From Ostrea edulis (Eukaryota), in contig NC_079164.1 in assembly GCF_947568905.1 (NCBI RefSeq), forward strand, positions 77,004,001 to 77,068,000: a stretch of 64,000 nucleotides of DNA, in the 5' to 3' direction. Position 1 is the first letter of the stretch. Every line of letters starts with the position of its first letter. Positions 1-11,478 of the stretch are shown piece after piece. A model generated the notes under the pieces. It was not told where the DNA came from. It searched no databases and worked only from the letters and a program-made list of their open reading frames with translations. The translations under genes were made by a program, and so were the position numbers.

Positions 1-24
1 AATTATATCCCAAACAAAATTAAA

Positions 25-345
25 AGAACAAGAGTTGTCAGAAGACAACATAGCTTGCAAGCAAGCATGACTACTTAACCTAAACCTTTAGTTCAAAAGG
101 TTAAAGTTTTTAAAAAATAAGTCGAGTTCAGGTTCAGGTTGCTAGGTCAAAAGTTTTGATACTATATCTAAAGGCCTGTTCGTGAGGCATTTAATATGAA
201 ATATCAAATCCCTATCCCCTTGCTTCAAAACATATAGTCAAGGTTGATGTTTTTGAAAAGTAGGTGGAAGTCCAAGGTCAATAATTTGAAAAGTAGGTCA
301 AAGTCCAAGGTCAATAGTTATGGTAGCAAAAGAAATGTCTTCTAA
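25..345 (+). mobile_element. Degenerate HINE/satellite-type repeat fragment (oyster ~166-bp monomer family)
   Basis: Starts with AACAAGAG and contains AAGGTTAAAGTTTT, GTAGGTCAAAGTCCAAGGTCAA and GAAATATCAAATCCCTAT motifs shared with copies at 24150-24640 and 29274-29634. Confidence 0.55.
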
Positions 346-404
346 AAAAGCATCTATATTTGAAACATCAAAGCACTGTATGAGCTTTAAAAATTGGGCT
401 TTAC

Positions 405-3400
405 CATAGGGTTGCTGGTACGGTTGCTGATAAGGTTGCTGTGGATACTGTTGATGCTGTTGCTGTGGATACTGTTGATACTGTTGCTGGGGGTACTGTT
501 GAGGGTATCCGGCTGGCTGTTGAGGGTATCCGGCTGGCTGTTGTGGGTATCCGGCTGGCTGTTGGGGGTACCCCGCTGGCTGTTGGGGATACCCTGCTGG
601 CTGTTGGGGATACCCTTGGGGTGGCATGTATGGTTGAGGGGGAGGGGCCTGGGGGAACCCACCAGGTTGTGTTGGGTAAGGTGCCTGTCCTCCTGTAAAT
701 ACAAAAAATGTAAAGGCTTAATTAACAGTACACGCATATCACAAATTCTATATTTATCAAAGAATTTGCCTAATTTTATTTTAAATATTGTGTTATAAAG
801 CTAAATTGAAATTGACTTACCAGCTAAACTGTCAAAACCGAGACCTGGCCCTGGTGGTGCTGCACTGTATGGGGGTGGTGCTGATGCAGTAAGGACACCT
901 GCTGAGCTGCTGGGATGGACCCCTCCTGAAGGCTGCTGCTGCTGATCAGGGTTCGGAAGCTGGCAATATTTGGAATGGTAATATTAGGTAGCATTATTGT
1001 TGAGATGCTATTTTGCGAACAATTAAATCAATAATATTCACTAATATTTCAGTTCAAGTATATCTATTTATAAATTCAAAGAAATAAAAGAGTGGATATA
1101 TTTGTATGATAAAATATATTTATAAAAGTAAATATTTCACAAGTAAAATAGATATTACATATTGGATTATTGTTCAGACTTCTTCAATTTACTTTAAATG
1201 GAATTCTGAATGAAAACTACAGAGGTGTTCTAAATCTGGGTGTAATACAGGGTGGATCATAAAATAGATCTGATAAAGGGCACTCTGTGTTTCATCACAA
1301 ATAATAAAAAAAGATACCAAATATACTTACAACTTGACAAAGAGCATTCATCCACTCACTAAAACAGATAACATATTTTGAGACAAGATACAAATGCTGT
1401 GCAAAATTTCACAACTCCTTCAACAGTCTTCTAAATATTTTTTGATGGTAACCTTTTCTAAATGTGCATATGTATGCAGCTTGTGTGAAGCCCAATATGC
1501 AATTTTTGAGATATCAGCTCTTCTATGATAAATTTAGTTCTCTATTAAACGCTTGGTGGATACAGGTCTAGGTGTATACATATAATATAGACTGGTTATG
1601 TATATAGATTATAATAAAAGTCACGAAAGCATATTGAATTTTCATTGACATGATCCACACTTTTAGCAAAAAAAAATGTTGAATCTTAATGTTTCTTTGA
1701 GCTATTTTATTCTCTACTTGTACTCATAAACTTCTTAAATTTGTATTTCCCTGCAATTTGAGTGGTTGCATAGAAGCTGCAATCATCCACTGTATGAAGG
1801 CAGCAACAATGAGTTTTACCATACACCCAACAATATAATCAGTCTTTTGATATTGTTAAATTCACCGAGTGTGATCTGACTTTCTGGATCAACCCTGTGA
1901 TGATCTGGATCATGTCTTTGAAACTGATGATGTCACAATGCATCAACGCAGTTTGTGTGGAAAGTAATCGCCCGCATCACAAAACTGCTTACACAAAAAT
2001 TATCTCACTGTCTCATTAGATTGATGATCCGCGCCCATCAACTCTTCATGATCTAGCTGATTCTTCAGATCAAGTTAATGTAGTGTGTATATATATATAT
2101 ATAGATATAAATATATATATGTATGTGTTTGTATCCATCGTTGGTGTAAATAAATATAATTTGCATCTCACCATACGTAAGAGTTCAACAAAGGGAAACA
2201 ACTTTTTTTGTATTGAGCAACTTAGAAATTGCATATTACACTGAACAGTATCGAAAACTTTTATAGCATTTCATCTAACTCCATAATATCTTCTCTGTAT
2301 TTGTATAGGTTTCGTTTTACGTACTGGAGCTCATTGCTATTATGACAGAGGAACCAAAACACCTTCGCCTGACTGTTGTTTTTGTGAGGGATGGCCAACA
2401 CGCTGTCATAAGATGCTCCTCTCGGAAGTTCAGGTCTGTTAGGGAAGCCACTCGTGTATTCCCCGAAGGCAAATCTTTTACATACATCCTAAGGAAGAAT
2501 TCTGAAGCTATAGACATTGTTTAAATATTGTATGAGTTCTCAGTTTAGCATAGTCAAAACCAAGCATAAATGCAGAGCTGATGCACTATTTGACATAATC
2601 ATGAATTAGCACTGTGTTTTACAATAGTGGTGCATAGAGATTTATTATTGTATGTATACATATATCTAAGGGAGATTTATGTCTGAAAGGCACTGATGCA
2701 AGCGTGCAAATTTATAGTTTGCACTATATTATGAAATGCTCTAGGTATCCATTGTTGCACTGCTTGAATTCATGTACATGCCAAATAGTACATTTACGAT
2801 GACTCAATTCCACACGCAACAAAATAATAAATGTACAGTGCTTTAGCAGATGATGTAAATTAGTATGAAAGGTGTAAACATTTATTGAATGAGGTTGATG
2901 GCACATCATGTGTTTTGTTGGACCCAAGGACCCAAATAATATTAATATGTATAGGTTGGTCGAGTTCATTGTAAATGCCTTTAAAAACACTAATGTGAAG
3001 ATAACTTGACACTTTTACAAAGTATCTACATATATACATAAACAGAAAATGATGACACAAGTGACATTCAAAACTTTACACACCATGTATGAAGATCTTC
3101 CTGTTATTGTACTGAAGGAAATACTAAAGTGCCAGGAGGAAATAAAGACACCGTTAATAGTTGATGATCGCAGTGATTGTGGAAATAAAGACACGTTAAC
3201 AGTTGATGATCGCAGTGATTGAGGAAATAAAGACACCGTTAATAGTTGATGATCGCAGTGATTGTGGAAACAAGAGGTACTGTGAGCAATGCTCACTAAG
3301 AATACCCCCCGCTTACCACAATCTCCCAAAGGGTGTTGGTAATAGGTATAAACTACCTCTTTTCTGAGTGTAAAAAACAAATGGCATGACAAACCGAACC

Positions 3401-6095
3401 ATATTGCTACTTCGATGTCAAGTGCGCGTGACCTTTGACCTTTTGACCCCAAAATCGATAGGGAACATCTTCATCCCATGGGTAGTCCATATGTATGATA
3501 TGGTGACTGTAGGTGGAAAGGATAACGCTTTAGAGCCCGGAAACCATATTGCTACTTCGATGTCCAGTGCGCTTGACCTTTGACCTTTTGACCCCAAAAT
3601 CAATAGGGAACATCTTCATCCCATGGGTAGTCCATATGTATGATATGGTGACTGTAGGTGGAAAGGATAACGCTTTTGAGCTCAGAAACCATATTGCTAC
3701 TTCGATGTCCAGTGCGCTTGACCTTTGACCCCAAAATTGATAGGGAACATCTTCATCCCATGGGTAGTCCATATATATGATATGGTGACGGTAGGTGGAA
3801 AGGATAATGCTTTAGAGCCTGGAAACCATTGTTGTGTCTACAGACGGACGGACGGACAGACAGACAGACGGACAACCCGATTCCAGTATACCCCCCCCCC
3901 CCCCCCCCACAACTTGTTGCGGGGGGTATAATAAAGACACCGTCAACAGTTGATGATCGCAGTGATTGAGGAAATAAAGACACCGTTAACAGTTGATGAT
4001 CGCAGTGATTGTGAAAATAAAGACACCGTTAACAGTTGATGATTGCAGTAATTGAGAAAATAAAGACACCGTTAATAGTTGATGATCGCAGTAATTGAGA
4101 AAATAAAGACACCGTTAATAGTTGATGATCGCAGTGATTGTGGAAATAAAGACACCGTTAACAGTTGATGATCGCAGTAATTGAGGAAGTAAAGACACCG
4201 TTAACAGTTGATGATCGCAGTAATTGAGGAAATAAAGACACCGTTAATAGTTGATGATCGCAGTGATTGAGGAAATAAAGACACCGTTAACAGTTGATGA
4301 TCGCAGTGATTGAGGAAATAAAGACACCGTTAACAGTTGATGATCGCAGTGATTGAGGAAATAAAGACACCGTTAACAGTTGATGATCGCAGTGATTGAG
4401 GAAATAAAGACACCATTAACAGTTGATGATCACAGTGATTGAACCCTACATAGGAAGTTACTGTTTTACTTTATTAATCTTTATATCTTACGGATGACAA
4501 TTGTTGCTACTATGGATCAGATTGGAATTAGACATTTCAATATAGTATACAAGTAAATTTAAAATGAAGGCAATAAATGTTTAAACCAAGCCAAAGGTCT
4601 GTGGAATATAAACTTACTTGCTGCGTGTGCTAACTGGCTTCAAAGTTATAGCTTAGTAAATATATTCGCACTAGAGGGGGGACAAGTGGTTAACCCTAAA
4701 GTATCAGCAGGTAATTTTGGTTTGCTGGTATGAAAAAATTGTGACAGACAACAAGAGACTGGTCGTCTATCACAATATATCAGACCTGCAGTAGTTCTGA
4801 CAATCTACAAGTCAGACTAGCTTTCGTAAGTTGTACAAATTTAATAAACATCCAACATCAACCAGTCTTTGTAAAGGAAATACACTTACCTTCATATGAA
4901 TTTTAGCTTTAATTTCAAGATCGCCTTGTCGATTATACATGCACAAGTCACTGTTGTCATAAAGAACTAACCAAATGTCCTTCCATCCACCAGAAAACAT
5001 ACTTTCTATAAACAAATGATAAAACATCTAAATTTAAAATTAACTTTGCATTAACATCCATGTGTAAATGTGCAGCAGAGTTCTCTAAACAAAGTTATAT
5101 GATGCAATCTTCAATAATATAAAAAAAACATTGCCATAAAAGTTAGTTTGACGGTCCCTGCAAGTTCCCTATAATTATACATGATCTTTTACTGTGTTGA
5201 AATCCAATGGTTTTGATCTTTGTGGTGTCCAGTGGGTTATTTGATACTTGGTTTTAATTTGAAATCAGGGATAAATGCATGTGGCTTTTAATAGCTTCCT
5301 TACATTGATGGTGCTATCATTTAATTTACTTCCTCGATCTTTAAAAAATCTCATGACACAATGAATTTTTACACAATTTAGATGTGAGATGTTTTAAATG
5401 CTTATCTTTCATTTCCATTTGAATCATACTGGGTTGGAGGTTATGACTATTAGAAATAAAAAAAAACAACAACCCAAAAACATCAGATGCTTGTTACATC
5501 AATGCATATGTAAAATTACAGAGCAGGCACAAGTCACCAGTCTGTCTTAATTCTCAAATTCTAATACAAAGACTTTTTGAAAACTAAATGGTCTGAAGGT
5601 TTTGTCTACTAAAAAATTCATTTCGACTGATCTGCTGATAGGAACTATATTCATTTCCTCAAATGAAATTATCTAAGAGTACACAAAGAAACATTGTGAT
5701 CACAATCTCCATTTAGATATGTTTGTGATAAATGACCTTCATTCTTACAATGTTTGTTAATGGAATTAAAAGAATAATATAATTCTGTTTTCAATTATTA
5801 AATAACGACTGCAAAACGTTACAGCTGAGGTAACAAGCGAATGCGAAATTTGATCAAGTATTGTCTCTCTTACACTGTTTTTCAAATGTGCAATTTTCAA
5901 ACTTAGTTACAATTTCATTCACTGTAATCTTGATGTATCTTTTTGTATTTTTCTAATTACAAAACACATTTTAAAGTTCTATTTATTATTTACAAACCAT
6001 GTTTTGTGATAATTCTTCTAGAACAATATTCCAAAGTTGTCAAACTTACTACTAAAACGTTTCAGGTATCCTGATTTAACAATCCTTAATGCCAT
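405..6095 (-). CDS. PH-domain protein, evectin/PLEKHB-like paralog 1 (3' end lies beyond the left edge of the window)
   Basis: Coding exons (minus): 6050-6095, 4890-5005, 2325-2488, 1331-1358, 821-959, 405-692. All junctions are GT-AG with compatible phases. Translation MALRIVKSGYLKRFSKSMFSGGWKDIWLVLYDNSDLCMY...KIHMKDVCKRFAFGEY...LAIP...FWFLCHNSNELHEWMNALCQV is an N-terminal PH domain, followed by a PPPY motif and a P/Q/Y/G-rich tail. This architecture matches evectin-2 (MAFVKSGWL...PPPY...). Exact orthology is not established. Confidence 0.85.
3148..4442. repeat. 43-bp minisatellite (GAGGAAATAAAGACACCGTTAACAGTTGATGATCGCAGTGATT), about 15 copies, split by a TE at 3268-3932
   Basis: About 3 units lie left of the insertion and about 12 right of it; directly visible. 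Confidence 0.95.
3268..3932 (+). mobile_element. pearl/CvA-like non-autonomous Helentron (HINE) with three core repeats
   Basis: 5' AAACAAGAGG head; core repeats start at 3397, 3542 and 3687 (145, 145, 137 bp); (ACRG)n microsatellite at ~3841-3873; 3' TATACCCCC...GGGGGGTATA palindrome. This modular layout is the described pearl/CvA structure. Confidence 0.85.
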
Positions 6096-7951
6096 GTTTT
6101 TCTGCAAAAGAAAAATGACAAAATTTTTATATAAGTACATGATATTACACTCAAAATGATTATATTTTCACAAACATCACTTTGAATTTTCACAGCAAAG
6201 CCTTTTTGACTAAAAAAAACAATCAAGAGAAGCTTGCGTCATGAAGCAATGAGCTTGAACTCAATTGATTACACATTTGAGTCACATAATTTGCTCTTCA
6301 TCAGCTGAAAAATTATGAGTATTACCCGTAATGCTTCACGAAAAATGTGACCGTCACTGTGGTTATATTTCATGGACAACCCCTTGGGTAAAACAAATAA
6401 ATAGTTTTTAAAGTAAAACGTTTAAAAATTTCGGAAAAGCTTTTTTATACCTTCCTACATTTTGTTGTTGATATTTGCTTGGTTTGAAAGAATAAAAAAA
6501 AAAAAATGAAACTAATATGACGTCACAATGCACTGCTTACATCCACGTTATATTCCCCATGGACGTTAAATGAATAGGTGGATTAAATCGCTAAAGTTGT
6601 GTTGCATGATATTATGGATCTTCGCTCATCTCAACAGTAACACCGTAAAAACATTATCAATAATCAAATAAACCTTTTAACATATGCTTGATCCTTATAA
6701 ATTATTATGAATAAAGTTTTCAGGATACAATTCCTGTACAGCACATTGAATATGGTAAGCTATCAAAGCAGCTTGATCAAACTAATTTGATGAGGGTTTT
6801 TATAGCTTTCATGGCTAAATCAAGATATTGTGCTGGGCCTGCCAAATTTACTCGAAATTATTTCACCATTATGATACTGCATTATCATTTATGTGAATAT
6901 TTCTTTCAGAAAACAGACCACTGCTTTGGACAAACAAAAATGTACCCATTTAATAAATTTCAATTCAATAAATACATGTCAATATCGTCTCACCTCTTTT
7001 ACTTATCGACTGTTTTAAACTGAAGTTGCGCAAGCAAGTTCCTGTTTCAACTATATACTATAGTCTATAGTGTGTAATAAACCACACCTAACAAAGTAGC
7101 GAGTAACGCTTGTTTCTCCTTGTTACCAAATATAGGCCTAGTATTTGTGTTTGGAAAGTTCTCAAATATCAGACAAGATGATCTATGTCTTACGTTGTAC
7201 ACTTAAAAGTTTCCAAACCCGAAACCGTGCCAAATCTGTCAAAATATAAATTACTCATACTCAGTCGAAATCTTCTTTTTGCGACTTTATATTACTCTAC
7301 TGCTAAACGCAATACCGATACAGAAATTATGGGTTCCGTAGCTGTTCGTCCCTACACACGCTCAACACTGTTGAATATTTGACACCTTATTAGATGCCAG
7401 AAAATCCAGTACATTTTTGGACAACCAGAATCAAATCACAATTCTTTAAAATTCATTTTATAATGCTGTCCAAGAGCAGGCATAAAATAACATGAAAAAA
7501 TTTTTGTGAAATTTTTTTGTGTATTTGTGAAAATAATTTCAGTCCAACTACTTATCAATTATGTTGTAAGTCTATAACTCAAGCTCTCAGTTAAAATACA
7601 AGTATTTCTTAAACATCCAACAATGAAAAAGTTGAGCCCCTTAATATAGAATATAAAGGTTCCTTACCATCAGTATCACATACAAGTTACATCTTTTTTT
7701 TGTTACTGTGCAATATTGTCTTGTGATCACGTACTGCACAAAGTTTTTTTTTAGCTCACATTCTTATGATAGTATATATAAGACAGTTATATATACTGCT
7801 TTGTAATTTTTTTTTTACTGAATTAACATAATTTGAAAACAATCTTTCTACTAGAGAAGGGGACCGGTGGCGAGACTATAGTTTGATAAGCATTAAGAGT
7901 TCTCTAGATATATTGAGCAGACAATATATTCCTATGTCTATAGGGGAGACA

Positions 7952-8533
7952 TATGGAGTGCCATATTAACATAAACTCAAATAATTGAAGATATCTTCAA
8001 TTATTTGAAGATATCAATTCATTAGATGCGCGCAACAATTTAATTAAAGATCTCTTCAAATAATTAATGATATCTTCAATTCTGAATTATTGCGCGCATT
8101 TATTGAATTGATGATATCATTAATTCTTCAGCTGAATACTTATCGTTTCCATTAGTGGAACTCTTCAAATTAAAGGCGAGTAAAGTCGTGCTACCGGGAC
8201 AACATAATGTAAATACATTACTTAGGCATACGTAATATGAATTATGGTATTGAATACATATTATAACCGACTGCAAACCACAACACTGATTAAAATTCTA
8301 AAGTCAAATTTAGGAATTGATTATTCTTACAAGAAAACAGACGAACTTATTAAACTATGTGAGAGAGAGAAGCTACTAAATTTGCCAAATCTGACCGTGT
8401 GAGATAAAGCATCAATCTCAAGAAGAACTGTAAAGGGAAAAACCTATATGCACATCCAACACAAGAAATTTTCTTGTAATTAATGTGCTCAATGTTTTTA
8501 AAGTTACTCTGTCAGACTACTCCCCCCCCCCCC

Positions 8534-8564
<31 letters not shown>

Positions 8565-9847
8565 ACCGTCAATCTCCATATTTTAGAACAAGTTATATAT
8601 ATGTATATGCCAAACTGCATTTTTTAAAGACGTTTATAACACTAATTAACACACCTAATGCGTTTCCAAACTGCATCTAAGCTAATTTGAAAATTACAAA
8701 ATATTGATGGACTTGGATGTCCAGAGAACATCGTTGTTTGGAATTTTTAAAATAGATGTGGTGGAGTTTAAAAAAACATGTAACATCTTTAATAAGATAG
8801 TGTTAGAATATTTGAAAAATGCAGTTTGATTAATGGTAATTTTATTTAAAAATACACCATGTATTTTAACTCTTAAAAAGGGGGGGGGGGGGTGCTATGT
8901 ACATATCGTTCCGTTTATGTCCCAGTAATCTCGCACTTGCTCGCGAGATTTGTGCATTTTCTTACCAATGACGCACAAGAGTCATCAAAGCGCGATAACT
9001 CCAACGAGCTGGTAATGATGCGCGCTTTAATTGAATTAATGATCTCTTCAAATGAATTAATGATATCAACAACTGAATTGATGTGCGCTACAATTCAATT
9101 GAAGAGAGCAATAATTGATATAATGCGCGCATTAAATCAATTGATGAGAGCAATAATTGAATTGATTCGCACATTAATTCATTTGATGAGAGCAACAATT
9201 GATTTAACGCGAGCATTAATTCAATTATTGCGCTCTTCAATTGAATTAATGATATCTTAAATTCATTTGAAGAGAGCAATAATTCTTTTAGAGAGAGCTT
9301 TAATTCAACATATCCACAATTGAATTAACGATCTCTTTAACTGAATTGTTGCTCTCTTTAAAAGAATTGATGCGCGCATTAATTCCTATATACAAAAACA
9401 TTGTAAATATTTAAAAATATCTTCAATTGAATTAAAGAGATCATCAAATGATTTAAACTGAGCTCCAAATTAATTATTGCGAGCAATATCTCTATGAAAT
9501 TGATGCTCTCATCAATTGAATTGAAGAGAGCAATAATTGCATTAATGCACACATCAAATCTATTATTGTTCTCATTAATTCAATTGATGCACGCATCAAT
9601 TGAATTGAAGAGAGCAATAATTGAATTAATGTGTGCAATAAATCAATTATTGCTCTCATTAATTCAATTGATGAGAGCAATAATTCAATTGAAGCGCACA
9701 TTAATTCATCTGATGAGAGCAATAATTGATTTAATGCACACATTAAATAAAATTCAATTAAAGAGAACAATAATTGAATTGATGACATCTTCAAATAATT
9801 GAAGATATCTTCAATTATTTGAGTTTATGTTAATTTGGCGCTCCATA
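7952..9847. mobile_element. Foldback-type non-autonomous DNA transposon with modular TIRs and a 6-bp TSD (GAGACA)
   Basis: The left end TATGGAGTGCCATATTAACATAAACTCAAATAATTGAAGATATCTTC and the reverse complement of the right end match over ~60 bp. GAGACA at 7946-7951 and 9848-9853. The right arm is expanded into ~21-bp degenerate palindromic units (9010-9790). Confidence 0.8.
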
Positions 9848-11102
9848 GAGACAACTATACAAGTTTGATGCCTGTCAAGCAAAATTTAATGTCCTTTTAA
9901 AAGATAATTACACTTGTTCAACTGTTAAGTGCAAACCAATTATTTGCCTATTTTTTTTTTGGGGGGGGGGGGGGGGGGGCATATTAAGAATAAATAACAC
10001 AATCCAGATGAATTTCAATCGTATAGTTTATTGAAAATATATGGCCACAAAGCTTGTGCAAATTTTAAGTACATGTAAACTACGGAATGATAACATTACT
10101 CCATATCAAAAGTTTGGGGGAAGCATAATTTTAGAAATAAGCAAAAGTCAAATAAAATAAAAATAACAATTCCTTATAATACAATTTCTTTGAATTGATG
10201 AAAATTATTTGCAATCAGTCTTGTACATGACAGTAATATGTGGCTCATACTCTTATCCTATCATTCTGGTCAACAATTCATATTAAAAATCATATACATG
10301 TAGGTTCACACATTACATCTGATGTGTTGAACACTCAATGAAAAATACGTTATTATTCTCTGTCAAAAACTTTGCTAAATATTGAAAATCCGACTTGAAA
10401 AAATAAGTCCCTCCTCAACTATGTTGACTAATGAAATCTGTACTATTGCATATCGTTTCTGTGGCATCACAGAGGTAAGAGCTCATCAACTCCTGGATGA
10501 GACACCAACCAATGTAGACTCACATCATTATCATAATGGCTCAAGATACAAAATTTATGTATTATGATGTCAAAATCCTGTCATTTTTTCACACCTCTGT
10601 GACTGCTGTCATAGAAGGTGTGAAGCACTTTATTACCCATTTTGTACATAAAGTGGCCTGTACAAAAAAGTGTTAAGCATTTTATTTTCATAAATTCAGC
10701 AAGGAAACTTCTGTAACGTGTTGCTGTCACCCAGCCAAGGGCTGATCATGCTTGCCATTGCTTAACTTGCATGATCAAGAGAGACACTCTACCACATCAC
10801 TAGAAAAGCTAGCTCACTAGCGAGACAGTATAAGTTCCCTCTTACACTGACTGCTACACTTCAAATTAATAGACTATAATATAATGATCTGCTAATTATC
10901 GTGATGAAATAGCTTGGAAAATACATCACACAAGAGGTTTCTACGATACCAAACAACAAGTTGAAGCTGGTATCCTTTCACAGCTGGGTGAACTCTCATA
11001 CAATTTTGTTATTAAGACTATAACAAAAGATAAAAAATAATAATTCCAAAACAGCACTACATGTCCTCATTAGAATTCAGCTATCATACTTTTCATTACC
11101 AG

Positions 11103-11245
11103 CCTAACCAAAAATATAATATTTAACAAGTAAAACTCCCTAACCAAAAATATAATAAATAACATGTAAAACTCCCTAACCCAAAAATATAATAAATAAC
11201 ATGTAAAACTCCCTAACCAAAAATATAATAAATAACATGTAAAAC
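11103..11245. repeat. 36-bp tandem repeat (~3.5 copies) downstream of the paralog-2 stop, probably in its 3'UTR
   Basis: GTAAAACTCCCTAACCAAAAATATAATAAATAACAT units are visible. Confidence 0.85.
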
Positions 11246-11478
11246 AATGTGTTCATAAAACACTAAATTAAAAGAAGCAGAATATCAGTACTCCTACATA
11301 GCTTGATTTGTGAAATTCTTTGCACATTTGTAGTATACTGCATAAAACATGGTAGATTGTGTTATACATTCATATTTTCATAATCATGCTATTTTTACCA
11401 TAACCCAAAATATTGCAAAACATTGATTAATATAATAATAATTCATGTATGTAATAACACCCTGCCATTGTTCCTGGT

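Noticed and set aside
387-798. ORFs 387-737 (-), 394-798 (+) and 441-698 (+) with hydrophobic or repetitive translations
   Set aside because: Alternative-frame and antisense shadows of the Q/P-rich exon 405-692; only the GYPQQPA frame splices into the gene.
3015-3983. Several 60-145 aa ORFs (also 13223-13812)
   Set aside because: They lie within HINE core repeats and the minisatellite; no domain features.
8522-8550. Long C/G homopolymers (also 3891, 9961, 24978)
   Set aside because: Common in this repeat context and length-unreliable in assemblies; no specific function can be supported.
8892-9802. Leucine-zipper-like ORFs as real genes
   Set aside because: Produced by 21-nt palindromic TE modules on both strands, with no splice or gene context; kept only as a TE oddity.
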